A stretch of 64,000 nucleotides of DNA from Hydrurus foetidus (Eukaryota): contig UYFQ01000032.1 of the NCBI GenBank assembly GCA_900617105.1, positions 124,001 through 188,000 on the forward strand, written 5' to 3'. Under the pieces are notes generated by a model. It ran no database searches, was not told the origin of the DNA, and saw only the letters and a program-made list of their open reading frames with translations. A program made the translations under genes and the position numbers. Each line of letters begins with the position of its first letter. Position 1 is the first letter of the stretch. Below are positions 33,649 to 43,277 of the stretch, piece after piece.

Positions 33649-33683
33649 AAAAAAGGCGGGTTCATTGGCAATGAACCCGCCTT
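33649..33683 (-). terminator. Rho-independent terminator after cytochrome c4
   Basis: GGCGGGTTCATTG / CAATGAACCCGCC 13-bp stem with a T6 run on the minus strand. Confidence 0.8.
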
Positions 33684-33741
33684 GCTTAGGCTTTGAGGGT
33701 GGCAATAAGTTCACACCACCACAGCCCCCATCACGCGAAGA

Positions 33742-34410
33742 TCAGTGCAAACCGGCTACGTAATCGGCCACAGCCTTGATTTCACGGTCATTGAGCTTGG
33801 CGGCAACTTGTGTCATTTGCAGGCTGTTTTTACGGCCACCATCGCGGAAGGAGGTCAACTGAGCCGCCGTGTAATCAGCGTGCTGACCACCCAAACGGGG
33901 GTATTGACTAGGGATACCAGCACCCGTGGGGCTATGGCAACCGGCACAAGCAGGTACTTGGCGGTCACTGATGCCGCCACGGTAAATGCGCTCACCCATC
34001 GCGACCAGTTCTTTGTCTTTCGCAAAACCTTGCTTGGATTTCTTGGACGACACCCAGTAAGCGATGTTTTTCATGTCCTCATCGCTCAGCGTAGCGGCGA
34101 AGCCCTTCATGATGGCGTTGTTGCGCTTGCCAGATTTGAACTCTTGCAATTGCTTGACCAAATACTCAGGGTGCTGCTGAGAGAGCTTGGGGTTCACGGG
34201 CGTGCCCGAGTTGCCATCGGCACCATGGCAAGAGGCGCAAACAGCACCAAAGCTCGCTTCGCCTTTGGCCAAATCGGGCTTGGCTGGCTTGGGCATAGCC
34301 TTCACCTCTGCTTTAACTGCAGGCTCGGCGTGCTTTTCTTCCGCAGCGAGGGTGGAAAACGCAGTGACTGTCAATGCAGCCGCGGTGAGCAAAGTGGCAA
34401 TTAGCTTCAT
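33742..34410 (-). CDS. Di-heme cytochrome c4
   Basis: Signal peptide and two CxxCH motifs (CASCH, CAGCH). Confidence 0.93.
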   Translation of the reverse strand: MKLIATLLTAAALTVTAFSTLAAEEKHAEPAVKAEVKAMPKPAKPDLAKGEASFGAVCASCHGADGNSGTPVNPKLSQQHPEYLVKQLQEFKSGKRNNAIMKGFAATLSDEDMKNIAYWVSSKKSKQGFAKDKELVAMGERIYRGGISDRQVPACAGCHSPTGAGIPSQYPRLGGQHADYTAAQLTSFRDGGRKNSLQMTQVAAKLNDREIKAVADYVAGLH

Positions 34411-34519
34411 ATCTTGGGGTAATTTTTAGCGCAAAACTGCATGATTCTACAATGGAGGCCCGGCTTCATCGCCAAACCCGTGCGCTTTTCCTTGAGCTTT
34501 GTCGCGCCCACTGACCACT

Positions 34520-35344
34520 ATGACTGAATCTACGCGACAAACCGCCGTGCCCCCCCCCCCACAACCACCCTCGTCCTCCGTGGTTGCACCCGCTAAAACT
34601 GCGGGTCACACCGGTAAAAACGCACCCCAAAGCGCACAAGCCAAGCTGGCGATGGGCTGGATGCACACAGCCAGATTTTTAACCACCGCGCCGCAGCTGC
34701 AATTTTTACCGCCGCTGGACGTGCCTGAAATCGCCTTTGTAGGCCGCTCGAACGCTGGCAAATCCACCTGCATCAACACCTTGACGCAGCAGCACCGGCT
34801 GGCCTTCGCTTCCAAGACGCCAGGCCGCACACAAAGCATCAACTTGTTTTCTATCGGCAAGCAGGGCGTGACCGACGCGATCTTGGCCGATCTGCCCGGC
34901 TACGGCTATGCGGCTGTGCCCAAGCAAGACAAACTGCGCTGGCAGCGGGTGATGGCGAATTACCTGATGACGCGCGAAAACCTCAAAGCCGTGGTGCTGA
35001 TGTGCGACCCCCGCCACGGCCTGACCGAGCTGGACGACATCCTGCTCGAAGTCATCCGCCCTCGCGTCGAAGAAGGTTTGAAATTCTTGCTGGTACTGAC
35101 CAAGGCCGACAAGCTGAACAAAAACGAAGGCGCGAAAGCCCTGTCGATTGCCAAACTGCAAGCCGGCGGCGGACAGGTGCGGCTGTTTTCAGCACTGAAA
35201 AAGCAAGGCGTGGACGACGTAGCCCAATTGCTCTGGGACTGGACGCACCCAGCTACTCCTGAATCAATAGCTACAAACGCTTCTGTAATAAGCACTGCGG
35301 ATCCATTGATGCCAGTAAAAAGCGAAAGCGTTGACCCCCTTTAG
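34520..35344 (+). CDS. engB: Ribosome biogenesis GTPase EngB/YihA
   Basis: GRSNAGKS, SKTPGRT, DLPGYG, TKADK; start uncertain. Confidence 0.93.
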   Translation: MTESTRQTAVPPPPQPPSSSVVAPAKTAGHTGKNAPQSAQAKLAMGWMHTARFLTTAPQLQFLPPLDVPEIAFVGRSNAGKSTCINTLTQQHRLAFASKTPGRTQSINLFSIGKQGVTDAILADLPGYGYAAVPKQDKLRWQRVMANYLMTRENLKAVVLMCDPRHGLTELDDILLEVIRPRVEEGLKFLLVLTKADKLNKNEGAKALSIAKLQAGGGQVRLFSALKKQGVDDVAQLLWDWTHPATPESIATNASVISTADPLMPVKSESVDPL

Positions 35345-35349
35345 CTTAA

Positions 35350-36641
35350 GGGCAGTTCTATAAATCGACGTTAACCACCCCAAGCCTTGCCTGGGACGCT
35401 AAACATTTCACAATGCGAATTTGTTTTGTGTTTTTTCGCATTTTTGGTGATTTCGAGGCGCTTCAAGGGGGGTTTTGCCCCCATTTCAGGCCACTTGGCC
35501 CATTTTGGGCGTGAGCAGGCGAGAGAAGCTAAAAACCTTGTTGCGCATGAGTATCTCAATGCGGCTGATGTTGTAGGTGAGGTTCATCAACGCCACGCCC
35601 ACTTTGGCGCGAGCGAGTCCGATGGTGCGCAGGCCCATGCCGCCCATTGTGTTTTCCATGTGCCCAAAGACATGCTCAACGCGAGCGCGTACTTTGGACT
35701 TGGTTTTGTTGGTGGCCTTTTGTTCCTCCGTCAGAGGATGGTTGCGATACGCCCGCTCATGGATGTGGCTGCTGTGTTGGCTGGCCTGGAGCGCCTTTTC
35801 CTGCTCCTCTGAGCGGTAGGCGCTGTCTGCCCACGTGTCTTTGCCACCCTCTTCTGGTGTGCGCAGCACGGTATCAAGCTCTTGGCTGTCGTGAACGCTG
35901 GCATCTGTACACGCATGCGCCGTGATCAGCTTGGTGTCTTTGTCGATGTTGATGTGGTTCTTGTAGCCGTAGTGGCTTTGCCCGCTTTTCTTTGTCCAGC
36001 GGGCATCTACGTCTTTGTGCCGTAGCTTGTTTGCGTTGTCCATCCACTCTTCGGGGGTCTTGCCTGCTTTGAGTTGGGCATTCTCTTCGCGCCCATTGCG
36101 CTGGATGGGTACGGGGATAAAGCTGGCATCTATGATTTGCCCACTTTTGAGTTCCACGCCCATATCCCCTAGCGCTTGGGTCAGCTTGTCCAGCAGGGGC
36201 TGCATCAGGTCGCTCTTCTTGAGCGCTTCGCGAAAGGCCCAGACGGTTCTTGAGTCAGGTACAAGTCCAGCCAACTCCAACCCTAAAAACCGCATGAACG
36301 ACAGCCGGTCCGTCACTTGGTATTCCAAGCGCTCGTCTGAGAGTTGATGCAGGCGCTGGAGCAGCAGCATCTTGAACATCACGATTCGGCAGGTTGGTGG
36401 ACGTCCTGCTGCGCTTTTGCGTGGCTTTACATCTATGCGCTCGAGCGTCGTGCGAAACATCTCCCAGTCAATTGCCTCATTCAACCGCTCCAGCGGATCT
36501 CCGGCCTCGCTCAACTTCGCGTACCTCTTGTCGAGGTCAAAAAAACTGCTTTGCATCATGGCTTGTGATTAGGAGGCTTCTTAGATAAACGATTTATATC
36601 GTTTATGCGTTGACTGGATTTGGGAATTTATAGGACTGCCC
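35350..36641 (-). mobile_element. IS5-family insertion sequence, apparently intact
   Basis: Terminal IRs GGGCAGTTCTATAAAT (35350-35365) and ATTTATAGGACTGCCC (36626-36641), 15/16 match; TTAA duplicated at 35346-35349 and 36642-36645. Confidence 0.93.
35486..36559 (-). CDS. IS5-family DDE transposase
   Basis: DRLSFMRFLG, IIDAS, HYGYKNH, ADSAY, RARVEHVFG. Confidence 0.95.
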   Translation of the reverse strand: MMQSSFFDLDKRYAKLSEAGDPLERLNEAIDWEMFRTTLERIDVKPRKSAAGRPPTCRIVMFKMLLLQRLHQLSDERLEYQVTDRLSFMRFLGLELAGLVPDSRTVWAFREALKKSDLMQPLLDKLTQALGDMGVELKSGQIIDASFIPVPIQRNGREENAQLKAGKTPEEWMDNANKLRHKDVDARWTKKSGQSHYGYKNHINIDKDTKLITAHACTDASVHDSQELDTVLRTPEEGGKDTWADSAYRSEEQEKALQASQHSSHIHERAYRNHPLTEEQKATNKTKSKVRARVEHVFGHMENTMGGMGLRTIGLARAKVGVALMNLTYNISRIEILMRNKVFSFSRLLTPKMGQVA

Positions 36642-36780
36642 TTAAGCGGGATGTACCGACCTCACGCCACGCGGTCAACCACATCCCCAAGGTCAGCGCC
36701 AAGCGCTGTAAGTACAGTGTGTCGCCCAGCTTGGCTGGAATCAGCCCCCCTTCTGGGGCAGTGCTGCGACGTTTAAGCAA

Positions 36781-36808
36781 GCCTCGCAATTACCCGTCAT
36801 TGCGAGGC
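36781..36808. repeat. REP/MITE-like palindrome
   Basis: GCCTCGCAAT-tacccgtc-ATTGCGAGGC, perfect 10-bp inverted repeat. Confidence 0.55.
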
Positions 36809-37123
36809 GCGAATGGCATCGCGCAGCAAATCAGGTAAGTCACGGTTGCCTTGCAGGCGACCCATGCAAGCGACATAAAAAGACCCCTTCACGGTGGACA
36901 ACATGCGGTGCTTCATCCAGTCGCGCCCCTTGGGCGTGGGTGATTGGAATTCACCAGACTGCACATTGGAAAAACCTGCACCTGGGAGGTCTTGAAAAAT
37001 GCGTCGATTGATTTCTTGGAGGTGGGCGGAGTCAAAGCTACCGCGCACCGGATCAAACTCCAGCTCAACAATCCGCCGATGGGTGTAAAAGCCTTCCAAG
37101 GCTTCGCGCTCCCCGGTCAACAT
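36797..37123 (-). pseudogene. Truncated Fic-family toxin (N-terminal part only)
   Basis: GSFDSAHLQEINRRIFQD..GEF resembles the FicT/VbhT N-terminus; no HPFxxGNxR motif before the stop. Confidence 0.72.
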
Positions 37124-37138
37124 GGTTGACTGTGCACG

Positions 37139-37495
37139 CTAAAGCCCATGAATCTCTTCATAACTGGGCGACAAATACGTCTGCAAATCAATCTCACCGT
37201 TGATGAAGCGCTGGGCATGAGCCTGCGCTTGTTCGCTGTGCTCGAAACCTTCAAGACCCACAGAAACCTGTGCAAAATGAACCGCCTCTTCTCGGCGCTG
37301 ACGCTATGCGGGGGAAATCAGCGGGAGGGTCGGATGGTGGGGCGCGAGAAATGTGCGTTCATGCACCTGGAAAATGTAGCCACGCATCAACTCACGCAGC
37401 ACTTGGGCAGCAGGTAGATGATCCAGTTCGCTCGCAGCATTGAAGTTCGCACACAACTCAGATTCGACCCGAATCGTCATCAGCTTTTCTTGCAT
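37139..37495 (-). pseudogene. RHH + VbhA/FicA antitoxin fusion with an in-frame TAG at 37304-37306
   Basis: MQEKLMTIRVESEL..AAQVLRELMRGYI (RHH-like), then ISPA*RQRREEAVHFAQVSVGLEGF..AQRFINGEIDL in the same frame; SVGLEG fits (S/T)xxxE(G/N). Confidence 0.78.
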
Positions 37496-37730
37496 GGAAT
37501 CCCCTTCGGTAAACAGGCCATCACAACAGTAACACCCTGCTGTGATTTTAAGATACGGCATTCAACACCGCACAGAACGTGCCCTTCATAGAACCTTACT
37601 TTGAAGCTCACCTTCTGCACTAAATAAAGCCCCCACACCCCAAAAAGCGGCACCCCGATGCCGCTTTTTTGTGCACCTCACCCTCCCCACCCCCTCAAAT
37701 TCGGGTTTACGCTCAAATTTGGTGCGCAAA

Positions 37731-37759
37731 ACTTGTATACCAGTGGCACGGATTCTGCT
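37731..37759 (+). promoter_or_regulatory. GntR/FadR-type operator abutting a sigma54 promoter
   Basis: ACTTGTATACCAGT near-palindrome followed by TGGCACGGATTCTGC (GG-N10-GC). Confidence 0.65.
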
Positions 37760-37785
37760 GAAATACCTGCAATGACTGACCACCT

Positions 37786-38580
37786 ATGACCACTGCCTCT
37801 GACATCAGCAACCGCATCATCGAAGCCGTGATGGCCCAACGCCTGCCACCCGGCTCGCGGCTGGGGGAACAGCCCCTGGCCATGCTGTTTGATTGCAGCC
37901 GCACCATCGTGCGCGAAGCGCTGACCCGATTGGGGGCGCGGGGCATCGTTACCGTGAGCGCTCGCCGGGGTTGGTATGTGATTGAGCCTTCGCAGGACGA
38001 AGCCCGCGAGGCGTTTGAAGCGCGGCGGGTGATTGAGCTGGGGTTGATTCGCAATGCCAAAGACAGGCAAACGGGCGTTGGCAAAGACGCGGTGCGCCAG
38101 CTGAAGGCCCATTTGAGCCGTGAAAAAGCCGCCATCAAGGGCAACGATGTGGGGACACGCAGCTTTTTGCTGGGGGACTTCCACGTCTGCCTCGCTGAAT
38201 GCCTGGGCAACACGCTGCTGGCCGATGCGCTACGCGATTTTACCGCCCGCACCACTTTGATCGCCATGCTGTACCAGTCATCGCACGATGCGGTGCAGTC
38301 TTGCCAAGACCATGTGGATATCGTCGCCGCCCTGGAAAAAGGGGACTTTGACCACGCTGAAGCGCTGATGGCGGCGCACCTGACCTCGGTGAAGGACGCG
38401 CTGCGCCTGCAAGCACACAGCGATCCGTTGGCCCAGTTGCGTGATGCACTGGCACCGCTGAGCCACAGTTCGGCACAAGACTTGCATACAAGATCAAGCG
38501 CACCCAGCCCTGCACGCAAACCCAGGGCCAAAAACACTGATTCCACCACCCCCGGCACTTACTTAGGAGCCTTGCTATGA
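37786..38580 (+). CDS. GntR-family (FCD) transcriptional regulator
   Basis: LPPGSRLGE..LA..FDCSRTIVREAL HTH; FH..LA and H..IV.AL FCD motifs. Confidence 0.92.
   Translation: MTTASDISNRIIEAVMAQRLPPGSRLGEQPLAMLFDCSRTIVREALTRLGARGIVTVSARRGWYVIEPSQDEAREAFEARRVIELGLIRNAKDRQTGVGKDAVRQLKAHLSREKAAIKGNDVGTRSFLLGDFHVCLAECLGNTLLADALRDFTARTTLIAMLYQSSHDAVQSCQDHVDIVAALEKGDFDHAEALMAAHLTSVKDALRLQAHSDPLAQLRDALAPLSHSSAQDLHTRSSAPSPARKPRAKNTDSTTPGTYLGALL
38471..38492 (+). promoter_or_regulatory. Internal sigma54 promoter overlapping a GntR-type operator
   Basis: CGGCACAAGACTTGCA (GG-N10-GC) overlapping CTTGCATACAAG, about 90 bp before the binding-protein gene. Confidence 0.6.
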
Positions 38581-39362
38581 AACTCACCAAGCGTCTTTTC
38601 TCTCTCGCCGCCGTTGCCTTGCTGACCACGGCCAGCGCACAAGCCCAAACCGCGCTGGACGACATCCTCAAGTCCAAAACGCTCAAAGTCGCGGTGCCCA
38701 CCGATTCGGCCCCTTACGGCTTTGTGGGCACCGATTTGAAGCCTATTGGCCTGGACATTGAGATGGCCAACTACATCGGCAAAAAGCTGGGGGTAGAGGT
38801 GGAGTTGGTCGTCGTCACCAGCGCGAACCGCATCCCGGCTTTGCAAACCCGCAAGGCTGATTTGGTGATTTCCACCTTGGGTAAAAACCCCGAGCGCGAA
38901 AAAGTGATTGACTTCACCATCGCCTATTCGCCGTTCTTTCAGGCGGTGTTTGGCCCTAAAACCCTCACGGCCAAAACCTTTGCCGATTTGGCTGGCAAGA
39001 CCGTGGGCGTGACCCGTGGCGCGATGGAAGACCAGGAACTCACCAAAATGGCCCCACCCACGGTAGAAGCCAAGCGCTTTGAAGACAACAACGCCACCAT
39101 CGCCGCCTACAGCTCAGGCCAGGTGCAGTTTGTGGCGCTGGGTGCGTCGGTAGCGGGCAACATGATGGCGAAGAACCCACAGCTGGGCACCGAGTACAAG
39201 CTGTTGCTGAAAGACAGCCCCAACTTCATCGGCGTAGCCAAAGGTGAAGACAAGCTGCGCACCCGCGTGAACGAGATCATTGCTGAGGCGAAAAAATCGG
39301 GGGACATTGATGCGATGGCCAAGAAGTGGTTGGGCCGGCCTGCGGGTGATTTGCCGAACTGA
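38577..39362 (+). CDS. Polar amino-acid ABC transporter substrate-binding protein
   Basis: Signal peptide, PYGF, GLDIE, NRIPALQ..KADL, IDFT. Confidence 0.92.
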   Translation: MKLTKRLFSLAAVALLTTASAQAQTALDDILKSKTLKVAVPTDSAPYGFVGTDLKPIGLDIEMANYIGKKLGVEVELVVVTSANRIPALQTRKADLVISTLGKNPEREKVIDFTIAYSPFFQAVFGPKTLTAKTFADLAGKTVGVTRGAMEDQELTKMAPPTVEAKRFEDNNATIAAYSSGQVQFVALGASVAGNMMAKNPQLGTEYKLLLKDSPNFIGVAKGEDKLRTRVNEIIAEAKKSGDIDAMAKKWLGRPAGDLPN

Positions 39363-39428
39363 TTTTCCTGCTTAAAAAATCGTCCGCTTAAGCCAGCCCC
39401 CTGACTTCCCCTACAAAAGCCTGCGATC

Positions 39429-40112
39429 ATGAAAATCCAACTCGACTTTATGGCTGTCCTCAGTGAATGGCCGCTGTTGCTCAAGGGCGTGGGGTGGACG
39501 CTGGCCCTCACTGCCGCCGCCGTCATCGTCGGCACGCTGGTGGGCATCGCCTTTGCCTGGGTGCGAGGGCGTGGCTTTGGCGACACCCTCGCACCGGCAT
39601 GGCTCAAGGCGCTGGTGGGGGGCTATGTGGAGCTGATCCGCAACACGCCGTTCATCGTGCAGCTGTTTTTCATCTTCTTTGGCCTGCCCGCTGCGGGCTT
39701 CAAACTGTCGGCGGAAACGGCCTCGTTCATTGCGATGGTGGTGAACCTGAGCGCCTACGCCACCGAGATCATCCGCGCGGGGCTGGAGGCCACGCCCAAG
39801 GGGCAAATTGAAGCAGCGGTAAGCTTAGCGCTGAGCCGCACGCAGACCTTCATCCGGGTGGTGCTGCCGCCTGCGCTCAAAAAAGTCTGGCCCGGCATGG
39901 TGAGCCAAATCATCATCGTGATGCTGGGTTCGTCGGTCTGCGGGCAAATCTCGACGCAGGAGCTGAGCTACGCGGCAGACCTGATCCAAAGCCGCAATTT
40001 CCGGGCGTTTGAAGCCTTCATCACCATTGGCGTGATCTATTTGCTGTTGTCGATGGCGTTGCGCCACCTGCTCAATTGGCTGGGCCGAACCTTCATTTTT
40101 GGCGGGAGATAA
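39429..40112 (+). CDS. Amino-acid ABC permease
   Basis: YVELIRNTPFIVQLF, SAYATEIIRAG, GQIEAA. Confidence 0.92.
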   Translation: MKIQLDFMAVLSEWPLLLKGVGWTLALTAAAVIVGTLVGIAFAWVRGRGFGDTLAPAWLKALVGGYVELIRNTPFIVQLFFIFFGLPAAGFKLSAETASFIAMVVNLSAYATEIIRAGLEATPKGQIEAAVSLALSRTQTFIRVVLPPALKKVWPGMVSQIIIVMLGSSVCGQISTQELSYAADLIQSRNFRAFEAFITIGVIYLLLSMALRHLLNWLGRTFIFGGR

Positions 40113-40115
40113 GCC

Positions 40116-40766
40116 ATGGTTGAATTTACCCTGTGGGACATTGTGCGCAACCTGCTGCTGGCAGGCCGCTGGACGGTGGTGCTGTCGCTCATCGCCTTCA
40201 TCGGTGGTGGCGCGGTGGGGTTGATGCTGTTGATGCTGCGCTTGTCCAAAAAACCAGGTGCAGAGGCGTTCGTCAGCGGTTATGTGCAGCTGTTTCAAGG
40301 CATACCGCTGCTGGTGCAGTTGTTTTTGGCCTACTACGGCATGGGGCTGTTTGGCATCAACACCTCGCCCTGGGTGGCTGCGGGCTTTGGCCTCACGCTC
40401 TACACCAGTGCGTTTTTGACTGAAATCTGGCGCGGCTGCGTGGCGGCCATTCCACGCGGTCAGTGGGAAGCCTCGCAAAGTTTGGCGCTGAGCTTTGGCG
40501 AGCAAATCCGCCATGTGATCTTGCCCCAAGCGGTGAAGATTGCGGTGCCGCCCACAGTGGGGTTTTTGGTGCAGGTCATCAAAGGCACGGCGCTGGCTTC
40601 GGTGATTGGGTTCATGGAACTCACCAAGGTCGGCAAAACCATCGCCAACGCCACATTGAACCCATTTTTGGTGTTCAGCTGCATCGCCGTGATGTATTTC
40701 GTGCTGTGCTACCCCGTCAGCCTTTACGCCAAATCCTTAGAGAGAAAACTCCATGTCGCTCGCTGA
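40116..40766 (+). CDS. Amino-acid ABC permease
   Basis: FQGIPLLVQLF, EIWRG, GQWEA, IKGTALAS. Confidence 0.92.
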   Translation: MVEFTLWDIVRNLLLAGRWTVVLSLIAFIGGGAVGLMLLMLRLSKKPGAEAFVSGYVQLFQGIPLLVQLFLAYYGMGLFGINTSPWVAAGFGLTLYTSAFLTEIWRGCVAAIPRGQWEASQSLALSFGEQIRHVILPQAVKIAVPPTVGFLVQVIKGTALASVIGFMELTKVGKTIANATLNPFLVFSCIAVMYFVLCYPVSLYAKSLERKLHVAR

Positions 40767-41532
40767 AAGTGCACAAAAGATGACCTCCATCGTTGCAAAT
40801 CCCATTGTTGATATCCAAGGTCTGCGCAAATCCTACGGCAGCAACGAAGTGCTCAAAGGCATTGACCTGCAAGTCCAGGCCGGTGAAGTGATCGCCATCA
40901 TCGGCAAAAGCGGCTCAGGCAAAAGCACGCTGCTGCGCTGCATCAACGGGCTGGAAGAGTTCCAAAGCGGCAGCCTGACAGTGGACGGCAAACCCCTGCT
41001 GCACCACAACGCCCAGGCCATGCGCGAGCTGCGCCAGCGCGTGGGCATGATCTTCCAGGGCTTCAACCTGTTCCCGCATTTGACGGTGGGTAAAAACGTG
41101 ATGCTGGCCCCGACATTGGTCAAAAAGACCGACAGCGCTGCGGCCACAGCCCAGGCCAAAAAACTGCTGGAACGTGTCGGTCTGGCCGAAAAATTCGATG
41201 CCTTTGCCGACCAGCTCTCCGGTGGCCAGCAGCAGCGCGTCGCCATCGCCCGCGCCTTGGCGATGGAACCCGCCGTGCTGCTGTGCGACGAAATCACCAG
41301 CGCCCTTGACCCCGAACTGGTGGGCGAAGTGCTGCGCGTGGTGGAAAGCCTCGCCGAGGAAGGCATGACGCTGCTGATGGTGACGCATGAGATGAGCTTC
41401 GCCCGCAAAGTCAGCGACCGCCTGATCTTCATGCACCAAGGCCGTGTGCATGAGATGGGGCCACCGAACGAGCTGTTTGGCAACCCAAAAACGCCTGAGC
41501 TGAAGCAGTTTTTGTCGTCGTTGCAAGATTGA
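40753..41532 (+). CDS. Amino-acid ABC ATPase
   Basis: [28 protein letters not shown]. Confidence 0.94.
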   Translation: MSLAESAQKMTSIVANPIVDIQGLRKSYGSNEVLKGIDLQVQAGEVIAIIGKSGSGKSTLLRCINGLEEFQSGSLTVDGKPLLHHNAQAMRELRQRVGMIFQGFNLFPHLTVGKNVMLAPTLVKKTDSAAATAQAKKLLERVGLAEKFDAFADQLSGGQQQRVAIARALAMEPAVLLCDEITSALDPELVGEVLRVVESLAEEGMTLLMVTHEMSFARKVSDRLIFMHQGRVHEMGPPNELFGNPKTPELKQFLSSLQD

Positions 41533-41555
41533 ACCGCCTGTGCTGGGATGGCAGG

Positions 41556-42065
41556 TCAGACATGCCTTGTGACCCGCCTTTTCACAGGCTGTTGTGTGGG
41601 CAACTTCCCTAGCGGCGCTGGAGATGCACCCAAATCGTCGGCCTGCGCGTGCAAAGCTTCAATGATGTGACAGGTCGCGCCCATGCCGTCACAGCGTGCA
41701 CGCAAGCCCTTCAAATCTTGCTCCAGCAGCTTCAATTCGGCCAGCCGTTCGCGCACATGGCCTAAATGCGCGTCCAGCGCGGTGCGGGCGGCAGCGCAGT
41801 GGGTTTTGTTAGCCAAATCCAACCCCAAGAGGGTTCGCACCTCGTCCAGCGACATGTCCATTGCGCGGCACAGGCGGATGAAGCGCAACTCGTGTACCGT
41901 TTTTTTGCTATACATTCGGTAGCTGTTTTCGCCCCGTCCATGTGCGCTGAGCAGCTTTTCTTTCTCGTAATAGCGGATATTGGCGGTGCTGACACCGCTT
42001 AAGCGTGCGGCCTCGCCAATGAGGTAAACCACAGCATTTTCAGGGTGGGTGGTGGTAATTTGCAT
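41556..42065 (-). CDS. MerR-family metal-responsive regulator (CadR/PbrR-like)
   Basis: IGEAA..SGV..ANIRYYE, NSYRMY, LRFIRLCRAMDMSLDEVR, Cys in HC, RCDG and CHII. Confidence 0.88.
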   Translation of the reverse strand: MQITTTHPENAVVYLIGEAARLSGVSTANIRYYEKEKLLSAHGRGENSYRMYSKKTVHELRFIRLCRAMDMSLDEVRTLLGLDLANKTHCAAARTALDAHLGHVRERLAELKLLEQDLKGLRARCDGMGATCHIIEALHAQADDLGASPAPLGKLPTQQPVKRRVTRHV

Positions 42066-42082
42066 AAATGATTGACCTGGGC

Positions 42083-42113
42083 TTGACCTTGAAGTGACTT
42101 TAAGCTTTCTAAT
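42083..42113 (+). promoter_or_regulatory. MerR-type promoter/operator
   Basis: TTGACC, 19-bp spacer, TCTAAT, with dyad CTTGAAGT-G-ACTTTAAG (42088-42104). Confidence 0.8.
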
Positions 42114-42148
42114 CATGCCATTCTCCTGAAAATGAAAGGTAAAACCCG

Positions 42149-42820
42149 ATGTCAGCCCACCACGATCACGCGCATGGTCACGACCACAGCCACGGTCACA
42201 GCCATGACCACCCTCCAGCCGGAGCCGATGCGCCTCCCGGCTACCGCCGCGTGCTGTGGATCGCCCTCATCGTCAACCTGGGGATGTTTGCCGTGGAGCT
42301 GCTGGGCGGCTTGCGCTCTGGCTCGGTCTCGCTCTTGGCCGATGCCATCGACTTTTTTGGCGACAGTGCCAGCTACGCTGTTTCGCTAGCGGTGCTGACT
42401 TCAGCCCCCGTGTGGCGCACCCGCACGGCCCTGCTCAAAGCGGCGTGCATGGCCGGGTTTGGGGTGTTTGTGCTGGGGCGGGCGGCCTGGGTGGCGTGGT
42501 CAGGCAGCACGCCGGATGCCCCCACGATGGGCGTGATCGGCACGATGGCGCTGGTGGCGAACGTGGCCGTGGCGGCCCTGCTCTACGCCTACCGCACGGG
42601 CGACGCCAACATGCGCAGCGTCTGGCTGTGCTCGCGCAACGACGCGATTGGCAATCTGGCGGTGATGCTGGCAGCGGTGGGCGTGTTCGGCACCCACACG
42701 GCGTGGCCTGATTTGGCCGTAGCGGTGGCGATGGGCGCACTGGCGCTCAGCGGTGGCTGGTCGGTATTGCGCCATGCCCGCCAAGAATTGAAGCAATTGA
42801 AAACACAGGCACCGGCATGA
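42149..42820 (+). CDS. CDF-family cation efflux transporter with His-rich N-terminus
   Basis: HHDHAHGHDH, SVSLLADAIDF, NMRSVWLCSRND. Confidence 0.9.
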   Translation: MSAHHDHAHGHDHSHGHSHDHPPAGADAPPGYRRVLWIALIVNLGMFAVELLGGLRSGSVSLLADAIDFFGDSASYAVSLAVLTSAPVWRTRTALLKAACMAGFGVFVLGRAAWVAWSGSTPDAPTMGVIGTMALVANVAVAALLYAYRTGDANMRSVWLCSRNDAIGNLAVMLAAVGVFGTHTAWPDLAVAVAMGALALSGGWSVLRHARQELKQLKTQAPA

Positions 42821-43185
42821 GCACTATGACCACCACCTCCCTCAACGACACTTTCACCCTCTCAGGCATGACCTGCATGGGCTGCGTGGGCCGCGTCCAA
42901 AAAGCCCTAGCCCCATTTGCAGACCACGTGGACGTGGCGTTGTCACCCCAGCAAGCGGTCTTCACAGGGCGGCGTGGCACGCTGGCGGATTTGCAAACGG
43001 CCTTGCAAGAAACAAACTATTAAATTGATAGCTACTACCACATATAAAACCTTGATAAAACACCTATTTCGCTTGTAAAATAGGCTGTTTTGATGGCAGA
43101 AACGCTTGTTTCTTAGTTGAATACGTACCGCCCGCTGCTGCTGTTGATCGGCTACCTCCTCGCGGGCAGCGTGCTGGTGCATAGC
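42817..43185 (+). pseudogene. Heavy-metal-associated (HMA) domain membrane protein, interrupted and truncated
   Basis: GMTCMGC HMA motif; stop at 43021-43023 inside a repeat; orphan fragment TYRPLLLLIGYLLAGSVLVH follows. Confidence 0.6.
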
Positions 43186-43277
43186 GATGGCGGCGGGGAT
43201 GCTGTGGGTGGGGGTTTAGGCGAGAGGGTCAAGGCGAGATTGAAGGGTTTCGCCACGGTGTTCCTTCTGAATCCACT

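Noticed and set aside
34550..34560. C11 homopolymer in the engB 5' region as a phase-variation switch
   Set aside because: It lies in a non-conserved N-terminal extension of a normally essential gene, downstream in-frame ATGs exist, and homopolymer length is unreliable in this assembly.
37148..37417. 89-aa plus-strand ORF
   Set aside because: Antisense to the RHH-VbhA reading frame, which has recognisable motifs.
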